A stretch of 24,000 bases of DNA from Methylomonas rhizoryzae. GTDB taxonomy: Bacteria; Pseudomonadota; Gammaproteobacteria; Methylococcales; Methylomonadaceae. Location: NCBI RefSeq assembly GCF_008632455.1, contig NZ_CP043929.1:3621774-3645773 (forward strand), read 5' to 3'. Below the pieces are notes generated by a model that worked only from the letters and a program-made list of their open reading frames with translations, did not search any database and was not told the DNA's origin. Below, one piece after another: positions 8,050 through 15,711 of this stretch (position 1 is the stretch's first letter; every line of letters starts with the position of its first letter). A program made the translations under genes and the position numbers.

Positions 8050-10461
8050 TCAGTGCGGCAGCAAGATCGTGCGCCGGACGGCGGCTTGCGCCACCCGCTC
8101 GGCTGAAGTCAACAGGGGAAAACCGGCACCCGTGCGCCAGGCGCCGGTCATGTCCCGGTACTGCGCCGCCAAGGGATTGCCGGATTGGCCGGTACCCAGC
8201 ACAAATAGGGACCTGTCCGGCTCCGCCAAGTCGTAAATAGCCCGAAACGCCGGCCCGGCCTCGCCGACGTAACGTCCCGACGCTTCGTCGTAACGGTAAC
8301 CGCTGACGTTGACGCTATCCATGCCGCCGGGACTGGAGGTTTCGACGTTGAACCAAGCGGACAGCCACGGCAAGCCGCCGAACGCCGCGTGACGAAACAA
8401 ACTGGGATGCGCCTCGCCCCAGCGCCACGCCCGCATATCTTTTCCGAAATGCTCGCGCAGATTGTGCAAAGCCCGTTGCAGCGCGGTCTGCATGGCAGCC
8501 GCGCATGGCACGGTATCATCAGCGGTTTGCGCCGGACACCAGCGCGCGGCGGCGCCGTCCCGGTCGGTCAGGACGCGGGCTAAAAACGGCGGGTTGTAAT
8601 CGCCGACTTGCTCGAACAAATCGCCTAGCGGCTCGCGATACAGCACAGCCGCCAATTGCCGCAACCATTCGGCGAAAATCAAGGGCTGCGGACTGTCTTC
8701 GCGCATGCCGCCGTCCCAAGCCCGCAGCAAAACCAAGGCCTGCTGCGTTTCCAGCGTAGCCGGTGTCGCCAATAGAAAAGGCAACAGTTCAGAGGCAAGC
8801 GGGTTGGCGATGTCCGCCTGTATTGCGGCGAAAGAAGCCGTGTCGTGCCGTTCGGTGGCATCCAGCAAGGCCGAGATGCGCTCGGCCCGATACGGCAAGG
8901 CCCAGTTGGCGGTGATGAAATAGGGATAGTTGGGCGGGGTGATGTCTTGATTGGCAGTGACGATTTTGCCGTCGGCGGCTCCGGTTTGTTGCGGCAAGTC
9001 GTCGAACGGGATCCAGCCTTGCCAATCGTAACGACTATCCCAACCCGGTGCGGGCAGGCGGCCGGACAACACGTTCCGTTGATCGCGCAGCGGCACCCGG
9101 CCGGCGGCGATGAAGCCGATTTGTCCTGCCGCATCCGCATAAACGATGTTTTGCTGCGGCGCGTGAAAGTCGCGGGCCATTTGCCGTAATGCGTCGGCAT
9201 TCGCCGCGGTGCCGGCGTTCAGAATAAAACGGATGGTGCTATCGTCGGCGGCCAAGCCGGACCAGTTCAAAGCAATCGCCAAACCGTCGGACGCCAGCTG
9301 AGCGGCATCCGGGTCGGCATCGGACAACAGCGGCCCGTGACGGCTCAGGCGCACGGTTAAATTTTCCGTTTGTCCGCCCTTAATCCGGATCGTTTCGTCG
9401 ATACGCTCGAACTCGGCCGCACCCTCCGGGGTTCGATAACGCTGCGTTTGACCCGGCAAGGTTTGTTCGAAATATAGGTCCTGGCTATCCGGACCGGTAT
9501 TGGTGAAAGCCCAGGCGACTTGGCGGTTGCGTCCCAGAACGACGCCGGGAATACCGGGCAAGGTCGCGCCGATTGCATCCAAACCCGGCGCGTGCAAATG
9601 CGCGAAATACCACAGCGATGGCGCGGTCAGGGGCAGATGCGGATCGTTGGCCAAAATGGGTTTACCGCTAATCGACCGACTGCCGTCCACGGCCCAGTTG
9701 TTGGAACCGACTGCTTGTTTGGCCGGCAAGCGGCCAAATGCCAGCAAGCGTTCGGTCAGGCTATGCGTTGCCGCCGCATTCCCCGGATATTCGGGCAACC
9801 CGGCCACGGATGCGTACGGGTAACCTGGAAACAAATCGGCGATGTGCTTAGGCGGCAAGCGTTGCTGCAATTTGAAATTCAGCAACTCCTCCCACCAATT
9901 GCCGGACAGATTCCAGGCCAGGGTTTTCAACCAGACCAAGGAATCCTGCGGCTGCCACCGCTCCGGACCAGCGCCGAGCAGGTAGTATTCGACCGGCAAC
10001 CAATGCGCCTGGTCCAGATAGGCGTTGACCCCGTCGGCATACGCCTGCAGCGCCGTGCGCGTGGCTTGATCCAACTGTTGCCAATTGGCCTGCGCCGCAC
10101 GCTGCAAGCCCAACACCCGGAAAAACCTATCCTGCGGCAAAGCCTGTTCGCCGAGCAGTTCCGCTAACCGGCCGGAGCCGGCCCGCCGGTTCAAATCCAT
10201 TTGCCACAAGCGCTCCTGCGCGTGCAGATAGCCCAAGGTCAAATAGGCGTCGGTTATGCTAGCCGCGTACACGTGCGGCACGCCGTAACGATCGGTGACT
10301 ATTTCCACCGTGTCGCTCAAGCCCGCCGCCGACAACTTTTCCGGCCCTTGATCCAATCCGATGAACAAGCCGCCGCCGATAGCCAAGCACAAAACCAGAC
10401 TCAGCGACAAGCCAAGCGGCAGCGCCCGGATATTTACAACGCAATGTGCGGCTGTCGGCAT
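8050..10461 (-). CDS. Penicillin-acylase family (S45) Ntn hydrolase, PvdQ/QuiP-like acyl-siderophore or acyl-HSL acylase
   Basis: 825-aa ORF in the track. VEIVTDRYGVPHVYA, LGYLHAQERLWQMD, and the autoprocessing/nucleophile site G|SNNWAV (Ser codon 9703-9705) followed by ANDPHL. N-terminal hydrophobic segment LPLGLSLSLVLCLAIGGGLFIGL (signal or anchor). The track start at 10527 is GTG and overlaps the upstream gene by 41 nt. I prefer the ATG at 10461. Confidence 0.88.
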   Translation of the reverse strand: MPTAAHCVVNIRALPLGLSLSLVLCLAIGGGLFIGLDQGPEKLSAAGLSDTVEIVTDRYGVPHVYAASITDAYLTLGYLHAQERLWQMDLNRRAGSGRLAELLGEQALPQDRFFRVLGLQRAAQANWQQLDQATRTALQAYADGVNAYLDQAHWLPVEYYLLGAGPERWQPQDSLVWLKTLAWNLSGNWWEELLNFKLQQRLPPKHIADLFPGYPYASVAGLPEYPGNAAATHSLTERLLAFGRLPAKQAVGSNNWAVDGSRSISGKPILANDPHLPLTAPSLWYFAHLHAPGLDAIGATLPGIPGVVLGRNRQVAWAFTNTGPDSQDLYFEQTLPGQTQRYRTPEGAAEFERIDETIRIKGGQTENLTVRLSRHGPLLSDADPDAAQLASDGLAIALNWSGLAADDSTIRFILNAGTAANADALRQMARDFHAPQQNIVYADAAGQIGFIAAGRVPLRDQRNVLSGRLPAPGWDSRYDWQGWIPFDDLPQQTGAADGKIVTANQDITPPNYPYFITANWALPYRAERISALLDATERHDTASFAAIQADIANPLASELLPFLLATPATLETQQALVLLRAWDGGMREDSPQPLIFAEWLRQLAAVLYREPLGDLFEQVGDYNPPFLARVLTDRDGAAARWCPAQTADDTVPCAAAMQTALQRALHNLREHFGKDMRAWRWGEAHPSLFRHAAFGGLPWLSAWFNVETSSPGGMDSVNVSGYRYDEASGRYVGEAGPAFRAIYDLAEPDRSLFVLGTGQSGNPLAAQYRDMTGAWRTGAGFPLLTSAERVAQAAVRRTILLPH

Positions 10462-10486
10462 TGGTTTACTCTGTCTGCTTTGCTTG

Positions 10487-11257
10487 TCAAACGCGGATAA
10501 GGTCTCGGGATTTGGGTCGATTAACACCCAACACGCCGAATAAAGCCGTTAAAAACAACCAAACGGCACCCGGCAACGGCACGGCAACCGGAGTTTCGGC
10601 ATAGGGCGCGCCTTGCGCTACCCCGGCAATGTCGAAAGCAACCTGGGCGATGCGCGAACCCGCGGCAGCGGATAAATCGAATAAGTAGGCGCTATCGTCG
10701 GGGGCAAAAGTTAAATCCCAAATCAGTAGCGATTGATACACCGCATATTCGACCGAGTCCATGACCACGGTATTGCCGGTGTCGGTCAATGCCACATAGT
10801 CCGCACTCAAGCCGTTCAGCCAAATGTTGTCGTAATCGACGCCGTCGCCGTCCAACGTTACCCAAGCTTCCAACTGCATGGCAACCCGGGTGACTTGATC
10901 TACGGCTTGCGCGGCGTATCCGGAAATATCCGCGTAGGCGAATATCGACTCGCCGTCGTTGGCCAGATTGCCGTAAGCGTCGATTGCGGTGCCGTCCCAG
11001 CTATTCCAGCCGAAGCTGGCACCGCTTAGCCCGTAGCTTCCGGCCAACAACTGGCCGTCCGCGTTGAAGGTATCCCATTCGGCATAAACCGTCCCCGCGT
11101 CACCGCGGCTCCAGCCTCCCCAAACCGCTTGCTGCGGCTTGTCGAACCCGTAGCCTGCCTGGTAAGGATCCATGCCGTTGGCGATATCCGCCACCGCGGG
11201 TAGTGCCTGCGTCAACAATCCTGCCGCCAACACGATTGCAAAAGAATGATGTTTCAT
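10487..11257 (-). CDS. Secreted acidic protein of unknown function with a VPLPA/PEP-CTERM-type C-terminal sorting signal
   Basis: 256 aa. Signal peptide MKHHSFAIVLAAGLLTQALPAVA|DI. C-terminus VPLPGAVWLFLTALFGVLGV-NRPKSR, i.e. motif, TM helix, basic cluster (exosortase-substrate architecture). The body is D/G/W/Y/A-rich with no Cys. I recognise no family. Confidence 0.75.
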   Translation of the reverse strand: MKHHSFAIVLAAGLLTQALPAVADIANGMDPYQAGYGFDKPQQAVWGGWSRGDAGTVYAEWDTFNADGQLLAGSYGLSGASFGWNSWDGTAIDAYGNLANDGESIFAYADISGYAAQAVDQVTRVAMQLEAWVTLDGDGVDYDNIWLNGLSADYVALTDTGNTVVMDSVEYAVYQSLLIWDLTFAPDDSAYLFDLSAAAGSRIAQVAFDIAGVAQGAPYAETPVAVPLPGAVWLFLTALFGVLGVNRPKSRDLIRV

Positions 11258-11289
11258 AGTCGAATTCCGGTTGATATTGATGAATTGCG

Positions 11290-11316
11290 GCAGCCGGCTT
11301 TACCTCAGCCGGCTGC
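11290..11316 (-). other. Perfect 10-bp intercistronic hairpin between the P-domain gene and the CTERM-protein gene
   Basis: gcagccggct (11290-11299), ttacctc loop, agccggctgc (11307-11316). In the sense (minus) RNA it sits 22 nt after the stop codon and has no U-tract after it. The T-run is on the plus-strand side only. Confidence 0.5.
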
Positions 11317-11338
11317 TTTCGGATTTAGGGAGGCGAGT

Positions 11339-12256
11339 CTATTGCAGTGAGCAGGACTGATCGTCATCCGCGGTAATTTCCAGACTCCAGCCACCCTTGA
11401 TCTCGCCGGCGAACCAATAGAAATCGTCGACCACGTACAACTTCCATTGGCCGGACGGATCCGCACCGTTAAAGGTGGCGAGTTTCGGACCGTTGGTGAC
11501 GATTTTGTAAGTGCTTTCGTCGCCGGGGGTCGGAGTGGTCAACACCGTGGTAGGGGTCAGTGCAATCGAGGTTTCCGGATCCTGCAGTTCCACGGGGGCC
11601 GGTGCCGGGAAATGGTCGGTATCGGGATTGTTGTCGTAATCGCTGGGTTTGTAGGTACGCAATGCGGTATCGGTCCATACGTCCACCCACTCTTCGTAGA
11701 TGACGTTGTAAAGCGCATTGGTGGTTCTATTGCTCAAGCGACCATTGTTGCGAGTAGTACGCGGCAACGGCAAGGTTGCGGAATCGTCGAATTTCCAATT
11801 CAGGTTTTCCGCGACGATGCCCAACACCCCACCCTCAGGGGTCGCACCGGCCGAACTGACGTTAGACGCCAGCATCACGTATTGGCCGTTCGGCCCCACC
11901 AACAGCATGTCGACGTCGTTTAAATAGTCGTGATACAAGCCTTTGATGGTTACGTTGACGTCCTTAATTTTCGCGCCTTTCGGGAACGCGCTTTTCGGAA
12001 CGTTAATCATCGAAGGATAGGTTTTGGCTGCTTTTACCGGAACCGCCGGCGCACCTTCCGCAGTGTATGTCTCCAACAGCGCGGCGCACTCCGGCAACTC
12101 CGGATCGGCGCAGGTGTCTTGAATCACGATCGGGCGCGGATTGGCGAAGGTTCTGGTAACCGCATCGGCATTGACCGAAGCGACGGGCAAGCCCGCCAGC
12201 AGCGCTACCGCAGCGGCTAACGGCTTGGCTTGAACACGTGACAAAGTATGCTTCAT
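11339..12256 (-). CDS. Secreted stand-alone proprotein-convertase P-domain-like protein (no protease domain)
   Basis: 305 aa. Signal peptide MKHTLSRVQAKPLAAAVALLAGLPVASVNA|DA. First P-domain half: IKDVNVTIKGLYHDYLNDVDMLLVGPNGQYVML...NLNWKFDDSA. Second half: FNGADPSGQWKLYVVDDFYWFAGEIKGGWSLEI. The halves are separated by roughly 80-100 extra residues. First gene behind a Fur-box promoter. Confidence 0.75.
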   Translation of the reverse strand: MKHTLSRVQAKPLAAAVALLAGLPVASVNADAVTRTFANPRPIVIQDTCADPELPECAALLETYTAEGAPAVPVKAAKTYPSMINVPKSAFPKGAKIKDVNVTIKGLYHDYLNDVDMLLVGPNGQYVMLASNVSSAGATPEGGVLGIVAENLNWKFDDSATLPLPRTTRNNGRLSNRTTNALYNVIYEEWVDVWTDTALRTYKPSDYDNNPDTDHFPAPAPVELQDPETSIALTPTTVLTTPTPGDESTYKIVTNGPKLATFNGADPSGQWKLYVVDDFYWFAGEIKGGWSLEITADDDQSCSLQ

Positions 12257-12350
12257 GAATATTTTCCCTAAATAACAATTGAGATGACTGTGGCTGCATT
12301 CCCGTTCGAAAACCTCGCTAAGGAGGCATTAAAAAACGAAATATTTTCGA

Positions 12351-12395
12351 AATGAGAACGATTATCATTTTGTTAAACAAACACAGACTTGTCAA
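12351..12395 (-). promoter_or_regulatory. Sigma70-type promoter with Fur box (P-domain/CTERM/acylase/hydroxylase operon)
   Basis: The minus strand reads TTGACA (12395-12390), a 17-nt spacer, then CAAAAT (12372-12367). It is immediately overlapped by the Fur-like box aaatgataatcgttctcatt (12370-12351). It lies about 95 nt upstream of ATG 12256. Confidence 0.68.
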
Positions 12396-12905
12396 CCTGT
12401 TTTGTTCAGCACACTGAAGCCTCAATTGATTTCGGGACTATTTCCCCATTGGGTTTAAAGAATCCAACCCTTTGTAACGCTTTATGAAATCCAAATCTCG
12501 CCTATGCAATGTAATCTAAAGTTTCCTACAAATTCCTCAAGCCATCATGCCAAGCAACACGGCGAACAGAGGATTTTCGGGAGTGGCCGGGTCTGGGGCA
12601 GCTTTTCATTACTATGAACGTCATGGTGAGGGGACACATAGCCGCTATTCGCAAGGCCATCATCGCGACTATGCGTCGCTCCTACCAAGCTAGCTTCATT
12701 TACCGGAGCGATTGTCAGGTCTTCATGATCGTTAGTTGGGGTGATAACCATACATGCCCATTATCCCCCCGAGTAATGCGGAATCGCCTAGCAGACGCAG
12801 TAAAAAACGCTGTACATACAATCACTAGCGCCTGCTTTTAATCAGCCTGACCTAGTCTGAGTTAGGCTTGCAAACCGCCTGAACTTACGAGCAGGAAAAT
12901 TTTGG

Positions 12906-12941
12906 TTGCTTTTTTTAATTGAGAATGATTATCATTTGAAA
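12906..12941 (+). promoter_or_regulatory. Fur box with candidate promoter for the small-ORF/ABC-exporter unit
   Basis: gagaatgattatcatt (12921-12936) matches GATAATGATAATCATT at 14 of 16 positions. Possible -35 ttgctt (12906-12911) and -10 tatcat (12930-12935) with an 18-nt spacer. It lies 33 nt upstream of ATG 12969. Confidence 0.68.
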
Positions 12942-12968
12942 AAAGTCACTCGCCACGTGAGTACACCT

Positions 12969-13181
12969 ATGAAAATGTTTTCATCACTTTTTAAAGCACC
13001 CGCCACGGTAAAACTGGAAATCGAGCCGCGCTACTTGGCCGTACTGATTGCAAACGGCCAACTGCATGCTACCGATTTCCGCTGTCTGGACCTAAATTCC
13101 AAGCAAATCGTTTGGAAACTGCTGCTGACGCTTGCCAAGGCTAAGCTGAACGGCAACGACAGACTCGCGGAAAGCGGCTAG
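12969..13181 (+). CDS. Small hypothetical protein (70 aa)
   Basis: The track ORF 12906..13181 starts at TTG inside the Fur box. The first ATG is 12969 (MKMFSSLFKAPATVKLEIEPRYLAVLIANGQLHATDFRCLDLNSK...). Third-position GC is about 60% by my count, above the local average. The SD is weak. No family recognised. Confidence 0.5.
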   Translation: MKMFSSLFKAPATVKLEIEPRYLAVLIANGQLHATDFRCLDLNSKQIVWKLLLTLAKAKLNGNDRLAESG

Positions 13182-13228
13182 ACAGCGGCCCGATCAAACG
13201 CGTCCATCCATATCCCGGAGATTAATCC

Positions 13229-13450
13229 ATGTCGAAAAAACCTTGTACTCACGAATACTTAGCCACTAACGAGAGCGGTAAAGTATTGATTTGCCGCGAA
13301 TGCGGAGTAGTTCATCTGCATCTGCACAATATGTCCTTGCGCCTGGACGAACAGCAATTCGCCAGTTTTGCCGCGTTGATGAATCAAGCGGCGCGCAACG
13401 TCGCCGACAACGCCATGGCTAAACGCCCCAGCCTGACTTTAGTGCATTAA
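13229..13450 (+). CDS. Small hypothetical protein (73 aa) with a C-x-H...C-x-x-C zinc-ribbon-like N-terminus
   Basis: GGAG lies 8 nt upstream of the ATG. Sequence MSKKPCTHEYLATNESGKVLICRECGVVHLHLHNMSLRLDEQQFASFAAL... The stop is 8 nt before the exporter ATG, so the two are probably co-translated. Third-position GC is about 59%. Confidence 0.62.
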   Translation: MSKKPCTHEYLATNESGKVLICRECGVVHLHLHNMSLRLDEQQFASFAALMNQAARNVADNAMAKRPSLTLVH

Positions 13451-13458
13451 TTCAGATT

Positions 13459-15126
13459 ATGACGCTGCTGCGTTTATTGTTTAACCGCTTCAAAACCACT
13501 TTATTACTGGCGATTCTGTTAAGCCTGGCCAGTGCCGGGCTTTCGGTGGCGGTTATCGCGTTCAGCAACGAACGCTTGCTACAAACAACGGGTGACTTGC
13601 AAACCACGCTATTACAGTTTTCTGGCTTGCTGGCAGCTGTTTTGATCATTGGCACCGCCTCGCAAATCTGCATGACCAAACTTGGCCATCGCTTGGTGTA
13701 CGAAATGCGCCGCACCATGGTCAAGCGTATTTTGGATACGGAATTGCAGCGCCTGGAGTGGCTAGGCCCCGCCCGCTTGTTAGCCAGCTTGAACGGCGAT
13801 ACCAACCGCTTGACCTCCGCCTTTATCGGCCTACCTTCGGCACTGTACGGTTTGGCGCTGAATCTGGGCAGTTTTGCTTACCTGGCCTGGCTATCGCCGC
13901 GGCTATTCGCCGCAGTAGCCGGCTGGATGGCTGTCGGCGTGGCGATAGCCTGGTTGCTGCTTAACCGCACCCATCAACACATAGCGGCGGCCCGCTACGT
14001 CGAAGACCTGTTATACGAGGACTATCAAGCCGCACTCTACGGCCGCAAGGAATTGGCCTTAAACCGCGACCGGGCAAAACGCTTCTATAACGACGAATTC
14101 GAAACCAACGCCCAAACCAGCCGCAACTGCGAAATTCGGGCGGACATTTACAACGCGTGCAACGAAAACTGGGCCAACGCCATGATATTAGGTGCCATAG
14201 GCTTGGTATTTTATTTGGTCAACGCCCTGGCCTGGGAAACATCCGCCGTTGCCACCACCTACGCCGTGACGATTTTATTCTTGCGCACGCCCTTGACCGG
14301 TTTGATCGCCGCCATTCCCGGCTTAATCGGCGGCAGCGTGGCGCTGGCGAAATTGGACAGCCTGGAACTCCCCTGCTACAACCCTAAGTTTTCCGTTGCG
14401 CAAACCGCCGCAACCGCAACGTGGCGGACGCTGACGTTAAAAAACGTCGAATACCGCTACCCCGCTCTTGAAAACGGCAACCCGTTTTCGGTGGGGCCTA
14501 TCGACTTCGAACTGCGGCGCGGTGAACTCGTGTTTCTGATCGGCGGCAACGGTAGCGGAAAAACCACGTTCAGCCGCTTGCTGACCGGACTGTACCGTCC
14601 GCAAAACGGGCAATTGCTGCTAGACGGCCACCCGCTGACCGAAGCCCATCGTCCCGCTTACCGCAGTCTGTTCTCCAGCGTGTTTTCCGACTTTTATTTG
14701 TTTTCGCGCTTGCTGGGCCCGAATGGAGCCGATGCCGATCCGGAGCAAATCCGTTTTTGGCTAAACCAATTCGGTTTGGCGGACAAGGTAACCGTTGAAG
14801 ACAGTAAACTATCGGATACTAACTTGTCGCAAGGCCAACGCAAGCGTTTGGCGCTGATAGCCGCACTATTGGAAGACCGGCCCGTGTTGGTGTTGGACGA
14901 ATGGGCGGCCGATCAAGACCCGGAATATAGGCGCCGCTTTTACAGCGAGTGGTTGCCGCTATTGAAAGCCAGCGGTAAAACCGTGCTTGCCATTACCCAC
15001 GACGAACATTATTTTTCCGTCGCCGACCGCATTGTGAAAATGGACGAAGGCCGCATCCACGCGCTAGAGACACGGCAGGGCCCGGTTTTTCCGGTTAGTC
15101 GATATTCGGTTTCGGATTGGCCGTAA
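13459..15126 (+). CDS. Cyclic-peptide/siderophore ABC exporter, fused TMD-NBD half-transporter (PvdE/SyrD family)
   Basis: 555 aa. N-terminal TM domain. Walker A GGNGSGKTT (nt 14542-14568), signature LSQGQRKRLAL, and Walker B VLVLDEWAADQDPEYRR. The DEWAADQDP form is characteristic of the PvdE/SyrD cyclic-peptide transporter family. Confidence 0.9.
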   Translation: MTLLRLLFNRFKTTLLLAILLSLASAGLSVAVIAFSNERLLQTTGDLQTTLLQFSGLLAAVLIIGTASQICMTKLGHRLVYEMRRTMVKRILDTELQRLEWLGPARLLASLNGDTNRLTSAFIGLPSALYGLALNLGSFAYLAWLSPRLFAAVAGWMAVGVAIAWLLLNRTHQHIAAARYVEDLLYEDYQAALYGRKELALNRDRAKRFYNDEFETNAQTSRNCEIRADIYNACNENWANAMILGAIGLVFYLVNALAWETSAVATTYAVTILFLRTPLTGLIAAIPGLIGGSVALAKLDSLELPCYNPKFSVAQTAATATWRTLTLKNVEYRYPALENGNPFSVGPIDFELRRGELVFLIGGNGSGKTTFSRLLTGLYRPQNGQLLLDGHPLTEAHRPAYRSLFSSVFSDFYLFSRLLGPNGADADPEQIRFWLNQFGLADKVTVEDSKLSDTNLSQGQRKRLALIAALLEDRPVLVLDEWAADQDPEYRRRFYSEWLPLLKASGKTVLAITHDEHYFSVADRIVKMDEGRIHALETRQGPVFPVSRYSVSDWP

Positions 15127-15234
15127 ATCCCCCGGAAATAAAGGAAGCGGGAAAATTTCAAACGCCATGCTTATCGAACCATAGCCGGCTAGCGCTTAAG
15201 CCCCTCTCTGTGTCCCACTTAAAACGGGCAGCCG

Positions 15235-15711
15235 CTATCGGTTCGCTTGCAGGCGTTGCCGCAATGCCGCAAGCGAAGCTAAAGCTCTAACATCGCCGGC
15301 GACGTCCTCGACTTTAAACAACTTCAGTCCATAGCCGGCGTTCGGCCTATTTGAAAGGCGAACGATAGTTAAGCGGTAAAACAGTTCTTCATAGTAATGC
15401 AACGCCAGCTCGGTTGGCGATACCGGCCAATGCGCGTTCAACAAGAAAGACTGGTTAGGCACGATTAAGCGCTTACTCGCCAAAGCTTCGAAACGCGTCC
15501 CCAGCAGCAGGAATTCGTTCGATTCTTCGAACGGACAATCGTAAGAAGTAATCAACAAATAACCGGCATCGCATTGATATTGGGCTTCGATGAAATAGCC
15601 CGGTAGCGACACCCCGGTATCCAAGCCGGCAAAATACAAACGGCTCGTACTCGGCCAGGTTTGGTATGGGCCAGGATGATTTTCCAAGCTGAAGTGATCA
15701 ATCGGATGCAT
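15235..15711 (-). CDS. Hypothetical protein (158 aa), no recognisable family
   Basis: The only long ORF in a lower-GC stretch, convergent with the exporter. No signal peptide or TM segment. Sequence looks globular (MHPIDHFSLENHPGPYQTWP...YFIEAQYQCDAGYLLITSYDCPFEE...). Confidence 0.6.
   Translation of the reverse strand: MHPIDHFSLENHPGPYQTWPSTSRLYFAGLDTGVSLPGYFIEAQYQCDAGYLLITSYDCPFEESNEFLLLGTRFEALASKRLIVPNQSFLLNAHWPVSPTELALHYYEELFYRLTIVRLSNRPNAGYGLKLFKVEDVAGDVRALASLAALRQRLQANR

Noticed and set aside
12318-12325. Strong Shine-Dalgarno-like TAAGGAGG on the plus strand
   Set aside because: No ATG, GTG or TTG lies within 5-12 nt downstream. The next ATG (12352) sits inside the Fur box and opens only a 21-codon frame. 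The motif lies in the 5' UTR of the minus-strand operon, as CCTCCTTA in that RNA, and is probably incidental.
12545-12751. Calling the Cys-tailed 68-aa ORF a methanobactin (MbnA)-type or other RiPP precursor
   Set aside because: No MbnB/MbnC-like or other RiPP maturase genes are in the window. The ORF is much longer than MbnA-type precursors, has no codon bias, and has a poorly spaced SD. It is kept only as a low-confidence observation, not a feature.
12614-12841. 75-aa plus-strand ORF in the divergent intergenic region
   Set aside because: No SD, an arbitrary-looking sequence, and overlap with the opposite-strand ORF. Nothing supports translation.
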